From NCBI GenBank assembly GCA_051382335.1, contig JBBCAX010000160.1, positions 1 to 43,772 on the forward strand: a stretch of DNA of 43,772 nucleotides. The letters are read 5' to 3'. Each line of letters opens with the position of its first letter. Positions within the stretch are counted from its first letter, which is position 1. This document shows, piece by piece, positions 9,150 through 18,759 of the stretch. The notes beneath the pieces are model-generated. The model had not been told where the DNA came from and searched no databases. It was given only the letters and a program-made list of their open reading frames with translations. The DNA is from Deltaproteobacteria bacterium TL4. GTDB taxonomy: Bacteria; SAR324; NAC60-12. Both the position numbers and the translations under genes were made by a program.

Positions 9150-9179
9150 CAGGAGTTATCAAAAAAAACAATCAATGTT

Positions 9180-9517
9180 CGAGAGCGTTCAGACTATTTT
9201 AGTAAAAAATGATTCATATTATCATTGTGTTAAAAAACAACGCCCGCAAACCCGCATAAACACTGAAAATTGACAAATCTTGACAAGCCAGTGTTCATGC
9301 GGGGTGTTCAAAAAAGGATTTTGAGTGAGTTGCCATTTTTTTGTAAATTGTGGCTAAAAGTTGTCAATTTGGCCAACAATCAGCTCAAAAAATGTCAAAT
9401 TTCAGGTTAACCTGCTGAAATCAAAGCATTTTGACTTTGGCAACTGTTTTTACAAAACCAAAAATTTAAAGTGTTTAGTAACAGTGGGTTATGATTAAAA
9501 GCCATTGAACGCTCTCG
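9180..9517. promoter_or_regulatory. AT-rich CRISPR-leader-like region with nested inverted repeats
   Basis: Perfect 12-bp IR CGAGAGCGTTCA (9180-9191) / TGAACGCTCTCG (9506-9517); inner 14/15 IR CCCGCATAAACACTG (9251-9265) / CAGTGTTCATGCGGG (9289-9303). Confidence 0.4.
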
Positions 9518-9554
9518 CCTACTTTTGGCGGCTAACGCATCCTACATCAAAGAA

Positions 9555-9977
9555 TTAGCTCGCGGAATTGAGGAGCTTGGCAGAAGGGGGTGACAATTTC
9601 TCATCACTGAGTTGCAGTTGATCATCAAGACGCTCATTGATTAGCTGGAGGTCTACGAGACGCTGTTTAGTTTCTTCTTGTTGTTCCCGTTCCTTGAGAA
9701 CTAAACGCTTTAAGCGTTTCACTTCATTGCCAAGTAATTTTGCTTTTAATTTCAGATGGGTATGATAGGTTGCAAAATAGAGAACACTGAAGATGATGCC
9801 CATAGCGAAGGGCACCATAATGAATATAAAAAGAGGACGTTTGCTGGTATACGAAATGTTAATCCATTCCAAACTCAGTGTCACTTCAACGGGTTGAAAA
9901 TTCTGTCGAATGAAAAGAACACTGATTAAAATGAAGAAACCAAATAATAATAACCAAAAGTATCGCATAGCACTCAC
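9555..9977 (-). CDS. LapA-family (DUF1049-like) membrane protein
   Basis: TM helix, FIRQNFQPVEVTL, second TM (PLFIFIMVPFAMGII), coiled-coil tail; coupled to sppA. Confidence 0.7.
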   Translation of the reverse strand: MSAMRYFWLLLFGFFILISVLFIRQNFQPVEVTLSLEWINISYTSKRPLFIFIMVPFAMGIIFSVLYFATYHTHLKLKAKLLGNEVKRLKRLVLKEREQQEETKQRLVDLQLINERLDDQLQLSDEKLSPPSAKLLNSAS

Positions 9978-10891
9978 TTTAAAAGGTAGCTCAGGTTAAA
10001 TCCCATCGTAGGCGTTGATGCCATGAATTGTTTTACTACTGAGCTCAAGCCTAACAAATTCAGGAAAAAAGGCAACGACCTTTCTTTTTCATCGAATTGT
10101 AGCGTATGAACGGGTTCGTGAAGGTTCAGGTCTTTTGCAAGTTGCTGTATGACTTGTTCATAGCTGGCCAGTCCGTCAATTAAGCCTTCGGCTTTAGCTT
10201 GTTTGCCGGTAAAAATCCTGCCATCAGCCAGTGCTCTGAGGTGGGCCTCCTCCATCTGACTTCGGTTGCTCAGGATGGCGGCAACAAACTGTTCATAGGA
10301 ATCTTGTATGACTGAATCCAGTATTTGACGTTCACTTTCAAGGGGTTCCCGGAACATAGACATCATTTTTTTGTTTTTACCGCTTTGTATTGTGATTGGC
10401 GAAACTCCAATTTTTTTACTGAATTCATTGAAATTATACCACTCCATCAGGACACCAATACTTCCAGTCATGGTCCCGGGATTGGCATAAATTTTATCGG
10501 TTGCCACGGCAATATAATATCCTCCGGAGGCAGCGACACTTCCCATGGATGTGTAGACTTTTTTATTTTTTGATCTTAATTGCAAAAGAGCTTCATAGAT
10601 TTCTTGTGAGGCCGCAACCCCTCCACCAGGACTATTAATGCGTAACACCACCCCTTGAATACTATCCGCTTTTTCCATTTTTTTGATCTGCGTGACCACT
10701 TCCTGAGAATCCAGGATCACACCTTTGACTTCAATTAAACCGATAATCCCCTCCTCTAATAGAGCGAAACGATTGCTTTGAGTTGCATTCAAAAGGGTCA
10801 CAAAGACAAGAATCAAAACAAAGAGAATGAGGGTACTGGATAAATAAGGGTGACGTTTTAGCATAATGAATTCATTTTGATAAATTGACAA
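9974..10891 (-). CDS. sppA: Signal peptide peptidase SppA (S49, short form)
   Basis: LRINSPGGGV, SMGSVAASGGYYIA, TGSIGV, DGRIFTGKQA. Confidence 0.93.
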   Translation of the reverse strand: MSIYQNEFIMLKRHPYLSSTLILFVLILVFVTLLNATQSNRFALLEEGIIGLIEVKGVILDSQEVVTQIKKMEKADSIQGVVLRINSPGGGVAASQEIYEALLQLRSKNKKVYTSMGSVAASGGYYIAVATDKIYANPGTMTGSIGVLMEWYNFNEFSKKIGVSPITIQSGKNKKMMSMFREPLESERQILDSVIQDSYEQFVAAILSNRSQMEEAHLRALADGRIFTGKQAKAEGLIDGLASYEQVIQQLAKDLNLHEPVHTLQFDEKERSLPFFLNLLGLSSVVKQFMASTPTMGFNLSYLLK

Positions 10892-11401
10892 TGGTTTCTT
10901 GGTTCTGGCCCCAAGTGTTTTTGTTCACTCACTAATTAGCATAGATACATTGAGGTAAGGGGTAGTGTCAAGTAAAGCTATGTTTATAAGAAATCTTTGC
11001 TCAAACCCCCTTCAAAAAGGACGTCCTTTCTTCTCATGTGTTCGTTTTTATTTTGGAACTGAAAAACCAAGGATCTCGGCAGGAGTCAAAGCGATGTAGC
11101 AGAGTTCTCTATATGAATTTGGTTACTATTGCAAGTCGAGGATCTCGTTTTTGAAGGCCTTTGAGCTAAGGGGTGAATAGGGAGATCCTGATTTTTAAGC
11201 GTTGTTTGAAAAATTTACCGCCAAGAATAGTTTTCGCAGGGAAAGGACGACGATGGGGTTGTTCAGAAGTCACACTAAAAAGGGATTGACAACAACGACA
11301 AATACCGTATGAAGTATAATGGCAGCGAGGTCCCATGCGAATTCCTGGAAGTCAGGGAGTTCCAGGTCGAGAACTTAACACGGGCTCAGGAGATAAAAAC
11401 A

Positions 11402-11839
11402 ATGAGTACTCAATTTGATGCGGGAACGACAGTTAAACGCATGGAGAGCGACATGCTCGGTTTGTTGAGAGAGAAGTTTCAAAAATACACGGAAGAAATA
11501 CTCCACTTTTTGAACATAGAGTTGGTCCTGAAGGGAGATTCTGATGTTGTGGAATATGTTGTTCCAGGCTCAACCTTAAAAATTAGCTTTAATCCGGAGA
11601 ATGAAGGCTATGGGGTTAAGGTCTTTAATGGACGGGATCTGATATTTGTGTCTCCGTCTGAGGTTAGCTGGGAAGATGGCAGTACCTTTCCGTTGGAAGA
11701 AGGGATGCTACAAATGTCAGACACTTTAATCAGGCTCTCTTTAGAGTTGCTCAAAGAGGCGAGTGAATCGCTGCAAGATTATGTAAACCAGAAACGAACT
11801 GAATTTCAGGAAAAGATTGACTTGATCAGCAAATATTGA
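11402..11839 (+). CDS. Hypothetical protein (probable start ATG 11402)
   Basis: AGGAG RBS at 11388-11392; 145-aa open frame; no recognised motif. Confidence 0.65.
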   Translation: MSTQFDAGTTVKRMESDMLGLLREKFQKYTEEILHFLNIELVLKGDSDVVEYVVPGSTLKISFNPENEGYGVKVFNGRDLIFVSPSEVSWEDGSTFPLEEGMLQMSDTLIRLSLELLKEASESLQDYVNQKRTEFQEKIDLISKY

Positions 11840-11874
11840 GTCCATCCCTTCTATTCAAAGACCAAGGAGTCACG

Positions 11875-12462
11875 ATGCCAAGAAAAACCATAGATCTCAT
11901 TCAAGCTCAGGATCAATTTCCACAATTAATTACCATGGCACTGGGAGGCCAGCAAGTGATCCTTACTGAGGAAGGGCGTCCTGTCCTGAGTCTTAATGTT
12001 ATTTTAGAAGAATTGGATGATTCGGTTCCCTTGGAAACGATAACTCAGGAGACGGGCTCAAAAGCCATGAATTTAGTGGAGTTACTTGAGGAGTTTTTAG
12101 CAGAAGTTCTGAGTGAGTTGATTACCATTGATATTGAACTGAATTTGTTGGCCAACGCCCCTCATGACCGCAAACAACTGAAGAAAGTGTTTGGGATTTT
12201 TCATAAAATCAAATATAACAGCAACATCATTTCCGCAAAAAAACTGCGCCAGGTTGCGGAGTCTACTGAGTTGCTGATAGAACAACTTCAGTTTCATCAA
12301 CAAACCCTGGACGATTTTCCGATTGAGCTCTTGCAGGAATCCGCAGACATGTTCGTCGCCATTGTGCGTAACATGCTGAGAGACAAGTGCGAAGGGAATG
12401 TTGATATTGTCCCTTTGGTTATGCGAATTCAGGGGAAAGTAAAAGAAATTAAAGAGCGCTAA
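11875..12462 (+). CDS. Phd/YefM-like N-terminal domain fused to an Hpt (CheA-P1-like) domain
   Basis: AGGAG RBS. KTIDLIQAQDQFPQLITMALGGQQVILTEEGRPVLSL resembles the Phd consensus. EEFLAE..DRKQLKKVFGIFHKIKYNS..LRQVAESTELLIEQL resembles Hpt. Confidence 0.7.
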   Translation: MPRKTIDLIQAQDQFPQLITMALGGQQVILTEEGRPVLSLNVILEELDDSVPLETITQETGSKAMNLVELLEEFLAEVLSELITIDIELNLLANAPHDRKQLKKVFGIFHKIKYNSNIISAKKLRQVAESTELLIEQLQFHQQTLDDFPIELLQESADMFVAIVRNMLRDKCEGNVDIVPLVMRIQGKVKEIKER

Positions 12463-13127
12463 CTTGAGGCCTTCATCTTTTTTAAATTTTCGTATCGTGA
12501 ACGATGCCACGGGATATTAAAGCCCTGCTCGATCATTTGAAGAAGCTCTTCTGTTAGTTGTAAGGTCCGGGCCGCAAAGTTCGGGGGTTCCAGATCCGCA
12601 ATGGAAAGGAGCTGGTTGATTCGCCCTCTCCAGATTTGTTCTCCAGTTGAGGCATCGATCAGTTGCAATCGAATGAGGAGTTGTTGAGACGTTTCACAAC
12701 TGTCAGACTCTTCAGTACAAGGGTATTCTTCAAGTTGCATAATCAAAAATTGCTCGACCTTCAATTGCTCTTTTAACTGAAAGGCAAGATCTTTATCAGA
12801 GATCCCTGTCAGCGCAAGGGTTGTGCTGTAACGGTGTTGCAATTGCTTTAGGTGAGGGTTCTTCACCGCAATTTTGTTTAACGCCTCTTGTGCTAAAACT
12901 TTTTCGAAGCTGGGAAATTCTTTCAACCGTTGTTCCACCTTACTCACCAAGGTACTCCACAATTTGGGTGGTAGTGAATCCCCGGGGGACACCACAAAAA
13001 AAGCAACAGGCTTGCGAATATAGGGAACTAAGTCCGTTTTAGAATAGATGGAAGACTTGGTGTTAGTACAGCTACTCAGCAGGATAATGAATAATCCTAA
13101 AGCAATAGAGGTTCGAAGAAAGGTCAT
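12459..13127 (-). CDS. Hypothetical lipoprotein
   Basis: Lipobox LLSSC; C-terminal IRLQLIDASTGEQIWRG seen in LpoB/CsgG-like folds. Confidence 0.7.
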   Translation of the reverse strand: MTFLRTSIALGLFIILLSSCTNTKSSIYSKTDLVPYIRKPVAFFVVSPGDSLPPKLWSTLVSKVEQRLKEFPSFEKVLAQEALNKIAVKNPHLKQLQHRYSTTLALTGISDKDLAFQLKEQLKVEQFLIMQLEEYPCTEESDSCETSQQLLIRLQLIDASTGEQIWRGRINQLLSIADLEPPNFAARTLQLTEELLQMIEQGFNIPWHRSRYENLKKMKASS

Positions 13128-13135
13128 TTAAAAAC

Positions 13136-14125
13136 TCAATTGACGGTGAATTCAGGGTTAATGGGCAGGGTCAGGATAAAGGTACTCCCCTTGCCTTGCC
13201 CTTCTGAATACACGGAAATATCCCCACCAAGCACGTTTGTCATTTCCTGGCAGAGAGCCAGTCCAATTCCCAGCCCTTCTTCCTGTTGAATGTTGCTGCC
13301 TCTTCTATAGAAGGTAAAGATATGTTTTTGCTCATCATAGGGAATTCCTCTTCCGGAATCCTTGATTTCAAAAGCAACCCTGTTGCCGGAGTGAGATAGA
13401 ATATTGAAGTGAATACTGCCTTCATCGGTATATTTCACCGCATTGCTCAACAGGTTAGTCAGAATACTGTCTAATTTGTTGCTGTCTGTTTGAATCGATT
13501 CGGGGACATCCGATCCCACACTGACATAAAAATTCAGTCCTTTTTTCTCAGCTAAAACCTGAATATTCGCTTGCAGTTCATCCGCCACTTCTTCCACTTT
13601 CACCGTGTGTCGCACCAACTCATTTTTTTTTGACATTCGAGTGAGCATTTGATCAATGATTTCAAGCTGCTTATGACCGGCATTGACAATCCGCTGCAAA
13701 ACATCCTGTTGTGTTTCATTGTAAGAGGCTTTGTCTCTTAATAACAGTTCAGAAAACCCGATGATTGAAGTCAACGGTGTTTTGATTTCATGAATGGTGA
13801 CGTGAATCGATTTTGTCTTTTCCTGACTTTTGGCGTATTCTTCTTCCAATAAAGAACAAATACTATTTTTATCTTTCAGTTCTTGTTGGAGACGCATCAG
13901 ATCTTCTTTGAGTTGATGATTCTCCACTTTCAAGGCGGTATCTGTAAAAATCAGCTCTTTTAAAAGATCAATTTTTTCCAAAAACAGGAATAAAACCTGG
14001 CGAATCTTAAGCAGAAAATAAGATTCAATGAGGCCCAAGTTACTTTGATGTATCGCCTGAAGGGTAATTGATAAAGTATTGTATTGTGCGAATATTGGAC
14101 TCATGATAGCCATAAGAAGTTTCAC
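13136..14125 (-). CDS. Histidine kinase (HisKA + HATPase), no obvious sensor or receiver; start uncertain
   Basis: H-box HEIKTPLTSIIGF, N-box NLLSNAVKYT, G1 DSGRGI, G2 GLGIGL. Confidence 0.92.
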   Translation of the reverse strand: MKLLMAIMSPIFAQYNTLSITLQAIHQSNLGLIESYFLLKIRQVLFLFLEKIDLLKELIFTDTALKVENHQLKEDLMRLQQELKDKNSICSLLEEEYAKSQEKTKSIHVTIHEIKTPLTSIIGFSELLLRDKASYNETQQDVLQRIVNAGHKQLEIIDQMLTRMSKKNELVRHTVKVEEVADELQANIQVLAEKKGLNFYVSVGSDVPESIQTDSNKLDSILTNLLSNAVKYTDEGSIHFNILSHSGNRVAFEIKDSGRGIPYDEQKHIFTFYRRGSNIQQEEGLGIGLALCQEMTNVLGGDISVYSEGQGKGSTFILTLPINPEFTVN

Positions 14126-14198
14126 TCGAATGAGGGTCTGAAATCCGGGGTCTTAATAAACCACTGACAAGGACGACGACACAAACAATTCTCAACTA

Positions 14199-14378
14199 TA
14201 GATGTTCATTGAAATATATTCAGAAAACTCATTCTGTTGCGTGATCCGTTTAAACAACGTTGTTTCAGGAGTGCTTTGGCCAAAAAGGCGATGGCCTTTC
14301 TTTAGATTTGGGCAAAGCAAACTTTGGCACGCCACAGTCTCGGTGAGACTCCAATGAATTTATTTAAATGAACGTCTA
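14199..14378. mobile_element. MITE copy 1 (180 bp, TA-flanked, IS630-like ends)
   Basis: TIRs TAGATGTTCATTGAAATATATTCA / TGAATTTATTTAAATGAACGTCTA; TA on both sides; homologous in inverted orientation to 27437-27615. Confidence 0.75.
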
Positions 14379-14630
14379 TAATGCTGTCGTTCAGTTAGCT
14401 TTTAGCAGTTAGATACTGGTTTGGCAAATAGAATTGATAACAAGTTTTTTAAGGGTTCCAATGCCCGACAGCCGACAGCTATTTGCCAGTGATCAACTAG
14501 TTCAGTAGGTACCACAGATCAAACAGAAGCAAAAGACTATTGTTGATTATCTTCACATAACTAAATATGCAGCTCTGTAGTTCACGGAAGGTATTGAGTA
14601 TTTTTTACTATGAGTATCTAAATAAGCATT

Positions 14631-15419
14631 ATGGGTCATTTAAAGCAAGTTGGCGTTCTTATCAAACAGCCTCAAGAAAAAGACATGGTCAATTACCTGC
14701 AAACGTGGTTCCTGAATCATGAAATTCAATGTGTTTTTCTGGATCGGGAACAGGCCTTCCAAGGGGATTTGGATATCGTCATTGCGATTGGAGGTGATGG
14801 TACGGTCTTGTTCGCGTTAGGAGCTTATTCCTGTCCCGTTTTAGCAATCAAGTCAGGAATCGTCGGATTTTTAACAGCGGGGAAAAAAGAAGATCTTGCC
14901 ACGATTCTGGAGCGGCTCTACACTGGGGAATACATTGTGAGTGAGCGATCCATGTTGGAGTGTCAATACCCGGGGGGTGTGGTGACCGCCGTTAATGAAA
15001 TCGTGATTAAAGGAGCTACCCGGCTGATATCAACGGATCTCAGTATTAATGGCAAACATATTCGAACCATTCGTGGTGATGGGGTGATTGTGGGTACGGC
15101 GACAGGAAGTACGGCATATTTGCTGTCAGCGGGTTCGCCGATTGTGATGCCTGAAATACGCTGCATGATTTTGGGAGGCTTGAATGAGCACAGTTTTACG
15201 GCAAGACATTTGATTGTCAGTTATGATTCTCACATTCAGTTAACCATTCATCCCTCAACGCGGGAGCATGATATCTACTTATCGGCTGATGGCAAAGATA
15301 AAATTCCTTTGTCTTTGTGTGATCAGATTGTGATTACAGAATCTCAGCAACGGGCTCGCCTAATATTCATGGAACGGAACTATTTTTTTCAAAATTTATC
15401 TTCGCATCTGTCCTGGTAA
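14631..15419 (+). CDS. nadK: NAD(+) kinase
   Basis: GGDGT, NE motif (AVNEIV), GDGVIVGTATGSTAYLLSAG. Confidence 0.92.
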   Translation: MGHLKQVGVLIKQPQEKDMVNYLQTWFLNHEIQCVFLDREQAFQGDLDIVIAIGGDGTVLFALGAYSCPVLAIKSGIVGFLTAGKKEDLATILERLYTGEYIVSERSMLECQYPGGVVTAVNEIVIKGATRLISTDLSINGKHIRTIRGDGVIVGTATGSTAYLLSAGSPIVMPEIRCMILGGLNEHSFTARHLIVSYDSHIQLTIHPSTREHDIYLSADGKDKIPLSLCDQIVITESQQRARLIFMERNYFFQNLSSHLSW

Positions 15420-15689
15420 CTTTGGTACCGTGTACAAAAGTTGCAAAGTAAACCACCAGGATTCAACACTCAGCGTTCAGGATTCTTGCTTTTTTTTTTA
15501 TCCTGCACTTGTGCCTCCTGTGAAAATGACATATCTATAACGTAAGCGATATCTGTTTTTACAATAACCCTGTTTATTCGCTGGCTGTGACAAAAAACAG
15601 GGGAGTTTGTTTCCGTAATGCCTTTTGAGGTTAGCGTAAAAGTTGAGTTTTTCCGTGCTTAAATTAGGGGTAAAACGATTATAAAAAAT

Positions 15690-16532
15690 ATGGAAAATAT
15701 TGCAGAGTACTGGTCTTCAGTCACTATTTCATTTATTTTGCATTGCGTCCTGATTGGAATCTTGGCGAGCGTGGGGAATGTACCACCACAACCAAGAGTG
15801 GAGTATGTGGAATTAGTAACGTTGCCTCGTCAGCAACTAGCCAAGCTGTTTCCACAGCAGCATAAAGAGCCGGTGCTTTTAAAGGCTCCTGTGAGTATTG
15901 AGCGATCTCAACCTGTCGTTAAAGTGAAACCTGCGCCTCCTGAAATACCACGTCAAGTCGTGTCTAAAGTGACACAGACACCTCTTGAAGCGAAGAAAAC
16001 GCCTCCTGTCGAAGAAAAATGGGATCCTGTTCCTGAAAGGGAATCCTTATTTGATATTTTAGAATCGACCCAAAATCGCGATCAAACCAGGGAGGCGACA
16101 ACCGTTGTGGGGAAACGGATTTCTCAGGAAATGAAAGGCATTCTTTCCGGGTTGGAGAGTGGTTTTTCTCAATCAGGATCGTCTCAAGGCGAAACAAAGT
16201 CCGATATTTCCAAGTTAAACACTCGAGGCTTTAGTGAGGAAGAGCGTTTTATTTACTCCCAAGAACTTAGAGGGATGACAGAGGCTTTATGGAAAGTTCC
16301 TCCACATTTGACTGAGACGGACTTGATTGTCACCGTAAGGTTTCAGGTTAAAAAGACAGGAGAGATCGTCAAGTATGAAATCGAACAGCTTTCTGGAAAT
16401 GAAGCTTTAGATAAATCAGTAAAAAGTTTATTAAAAGTCTTGCAACGTTTGCCAGCATTGCCAGATTCATATCCAGAAGGCCGTGTCTATGAAATCGGGT
16501 TACGCTTCAACCCCAAGCAATTTCAATTTTGA
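15690..16532 (+). CDS. tolA: TolA/TonB-like energy transducer
   Basis: N-terminal TM with SxxxH (SFILH), P/K/E-rich linker, TonB_C-like domain (SGNEALDKSV..LPALP); directly upstream of tolB. Confidence 0.75.
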   Translation: MENIAEYWSSVTISFILHCVLIGILASVGNVPPQPRVEYVELVTLPRQQLAKLFPQQHKEPVLLKAPVSIERSQPVVKVKPAPPEIPRQVVSKVTQTPLEAKKTPPVEEKWDPVPERESLFDILESTQNRDQTREATTVVGKRISQEMKGILSGLESGFSQSGSSQGETKSDISKLNTRGFSEEERFIYSQELRGMTEALWKVPPHLTETDLIVTVRFQVKKTGEIVKYEIEQLSGNEALDKSVKSLLKVLQRLPALPDSYPEGRVYEIGLRFNPKQFQF

Positions 16533-16542
16533 ATAGGTTCCA

Positions 16543-17865
16543 ATGTATAAATTGCGTTGTTCTGTAATAATCGGAATTCTGATGTTGATGAGTTCAAACG
16601 TATATGCGATTGAGTATTTTGATATCACCAACCCTCGTTTCCAACCACTTCTCGTTGGTGTGACCATTGAGCCTGCAAGTGATGTAGATGCTTTGTTTAT
16701 CCAATCCATGTTTCAAAATAATTTGGAACAAACGATGTATTTTAAGGTCAAGCGTTTGACGGGCAAAAACGCGGAGGTGCTTTCTTCGGGTTCAAAGGAA
16801 TATACCTTTCACTTAAGTCTCAAATTATCGCCAGGACCTCCCCTCCGTATGGATTATAGCCTGCGACATTTGGAAAGTGGTGAAGAGCTGCTGCATGCTC
16901 AGTTTTCAGGAGGGACCTCCGGCAAATTACGTCCTTGGGCCATTAAGCTCGCGAACGATATCGTGAAAGCGACAATGGGGTTTGACGGGGTTGCGGATTC
17001 TCAGATTGCCTATACTTATGCGATGCCCAAAGGCAGAAAAGTGATCTCGCTGACCAGTTTTGATGGGACACAAAACAAACGGTTTTCTTACAACTTGGGA
17101 ATTAATAATCTTCCCAGCTGGTCCTTCGATAATTTAAGCATTCTCTATACTTCTTTCAGCAATTCGATTTCTCAAGTTTCCTTACAGTCTTTAGATCGTT
17201 TGAAAGCCAGAATTCTGTCTTTCCCCGGAGTTCAGCCTTTAGGAGGAAGTTGGTCACCTGATGGAACGCAGATTTTATTGACCTTGATGAAACACGGAAA
17301 TGCCGACATTTATCTCTATCCACTGGATGGCTCTAAAGAACCTGAGCCCTTAACTTCCTGGAAATCGCTTGAAACCGCACCGGCCTGGTCCCCTGACGGC
17401 AAAAAAATGGCCTTTGTTTCTGATCGGATACGTTACAAACAACCGCAAATTTATATTTATTACTTCAAAACCAAGAAGTCCGAAAGGGTAACCTTCAAAG
17501 GCCGGTATAATACTTCGCCCAAGTGGTCTCCTGATAGCAAATGGCTGGTTTATGAAGGATTGATCGATGGTTATTTTCAAATTTTTAAATATTACCTTCC
17601 TTCTCAGAGACATCAACAGTTAACCTTTGGCAACTATGATTCGGAAAAACCTGATTGGTCTCCTAATGGGCAAACCCTTGTCTTTTCTTCCCGCAAAGCA
17701 GGGATTCCCAAACTTTACTATATGTCTGTTCATGGTGGAAATAGTGTGCGTGTGACGACTAATCCTAATAAGATTTCAGAAACAGCACCAGCTTGGAGTA
17801 AACAGCCGCCAACACTTAAGAATCTCAAAGAACAGGAGGTTGATGAAAATGAAAACAAGGAATAG
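16543..17865 (+). CDS. tolB: TolB
   Basis: Signal peptide, N-terminal domain, repeated PD40 motifs (PSWSFD, SWSPDG, PAWSPDG, PKWSPDS, PDWSPNG, PAWS). Confidence 0.88.
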   Translation: MYKLRCSVIIGILMLMSSNVYAIEYFDITNPRFQPLLVGVTIEPASDVDALFIQSMFQNNLEQTMYFKVKRLTGKNAEVLSSGSKEYTFHLSLKLSPGPPLRMDYSLRHLESGEELLHAQFSGGTSGKLRPWAIKLANDIVKATMGFDGVADSQIAYTYAMPKGRKVISLTSFDGTQNKRFSYNLGINNLPSWSFDNLSILYTSFSNSISQVSLQSLDRLKARILSFPGVQPLGGSWSPDGTQILLTLMKHGNADIYLYPLDGSKEPEPLTSWKSLETAPAWSPDGKKMAFVSDRIRYKQPQIYIYYFKTKKSERVTFKGRYNTSPKWSPDSKWLVYEGLIDGYFQIFKYYLPSQRHQQLTFGNYDSEKPDWSPNGQTLVFSSRKAGIPKLYYMSVHGGNSVRVTTNPNKISETAPAWSKQPPTLKNLKEQEVDENENKE

Positions 17866-18739
17866 AAAAATTGGTTTTTTGGGCGTCATGATGCTGTTTT
17901 GGTGCGGAGGGTTCTGGAATGGAATGGCACAGGAAATTTCCCTCGAGCCTTTGGAGCGCGATATTGCTGAGATGGATGCCGTGGTGAAACAGCACGAAAA
18001 ACTGATTAAACGCTTGCAGGATTTGATCGCAGGTTTAATTCAAAAGCAAGAAACGGTTAGTGCGATTGAAGAGAATATGGAAGCGTTGATGGCGGATCAG
18101 GCACAGAATCGTTCTGAGATGCAGCTCCTTAGAACAGTGACGGATCAACTGCAAACCAGTAGCGAAATCACCAAAAATTTGAATGCGATTGTGCCTCCTG
18201 ATCACCGTTTACTGATGGGGATGTTGTCCCTGCAATCAGGAAACCCCCAGCAAGCGGCAGAATTGATCCAGCCCTTGTTGGAGGGACCGGGCGATTTGCC
18301 TAAAGATGCGCTTTTGATGTTGCTGGCCAATGGTTTTAAACAGTATCAGGATTACAATATGGCCGCGTCTTATTATGGCCGAATGATCAAAGACTATCCT
18401 GAAAGCAAACATCACCCCTATGCGCTTTATTCTCTCGGTGTTGTTTTTGGCCAAATGTATGATTACAACAAGCAAAGAGTGGTTTGGCAGGTATTGATTA
18501 AAAGCAATCCTGAGCATTATTTGAGTCAGGAAGCTCAATTGCAGATGGATCTTCAAGCAGAAATGGCGGTTCAAGAAACGGCAACGCCCTCTGGCAATAA
18601 AGTGGTACCGACCCAAAACATACTCCCTGAGGTTCTTCAGCCCGAATTGCCCACGCCTTCTGAAAACGAAAATGATCCTGTCTTTTCAGGAAGCGCCTCC
18701 CCCTTCAATCCCTTACCGGCGACGGTTCCTCTAGAGTGA
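17840..18739 (+). CDS. CpoB/YbgF-like coiled-coil + TPR protein
   Basis: Signal peptide, coiled coil, TPRs (IKDYPESKHHPYALYSLG); follows tolB. Confidence 0.7.
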   Translation: MMKMKTRNRKIGFLGVMMLFWCGGFWNGMAQEISLEPLERDIAEMDAVVKQHEKLIKRLQDLIAGLIQKQETVSAIEENMEALMADQAQNRSEMQLLRTVTDQLQTSSEITKNLNAIVPPDHRLLMGMLSLQSGNPQQAAELIQPLLEGPGDLPKDALLMLLANGFKQYQDYNMAASYYGRMIKDYPESKHHPYALYSLGVVFGQMYDYNKQRVVWQVLIKSNPEHYLSQEAQLQMDLQAEMAVQETATPSGNKVVPTQNILPEVLQPELPTPSENENDPVFSGSASPFNPLPATVPLE

Positions 18740-18759
18740 GTTAGGCCTAACCGAGAAGC

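Noticed and set aside
9555..10891. SppA protease and membrane protein as cOA-activated effectors upstream of cas10
   Set aside because: Typical housekeeping sppA/lapA pair with no CARF/SAVED domain, separated from cas10 by about 500 bp
11286..11320. TTGACA...TATAAT as a consensus promoter
   Set aside because: 23-bp spacing is too long; the two boxes cannot be used together
14631..15419. NAD kinase as a type III ancillary effector
   Set aside because: Ordinary single-domain NadK, 5.6 kb away, opposite strand, no sensor domain
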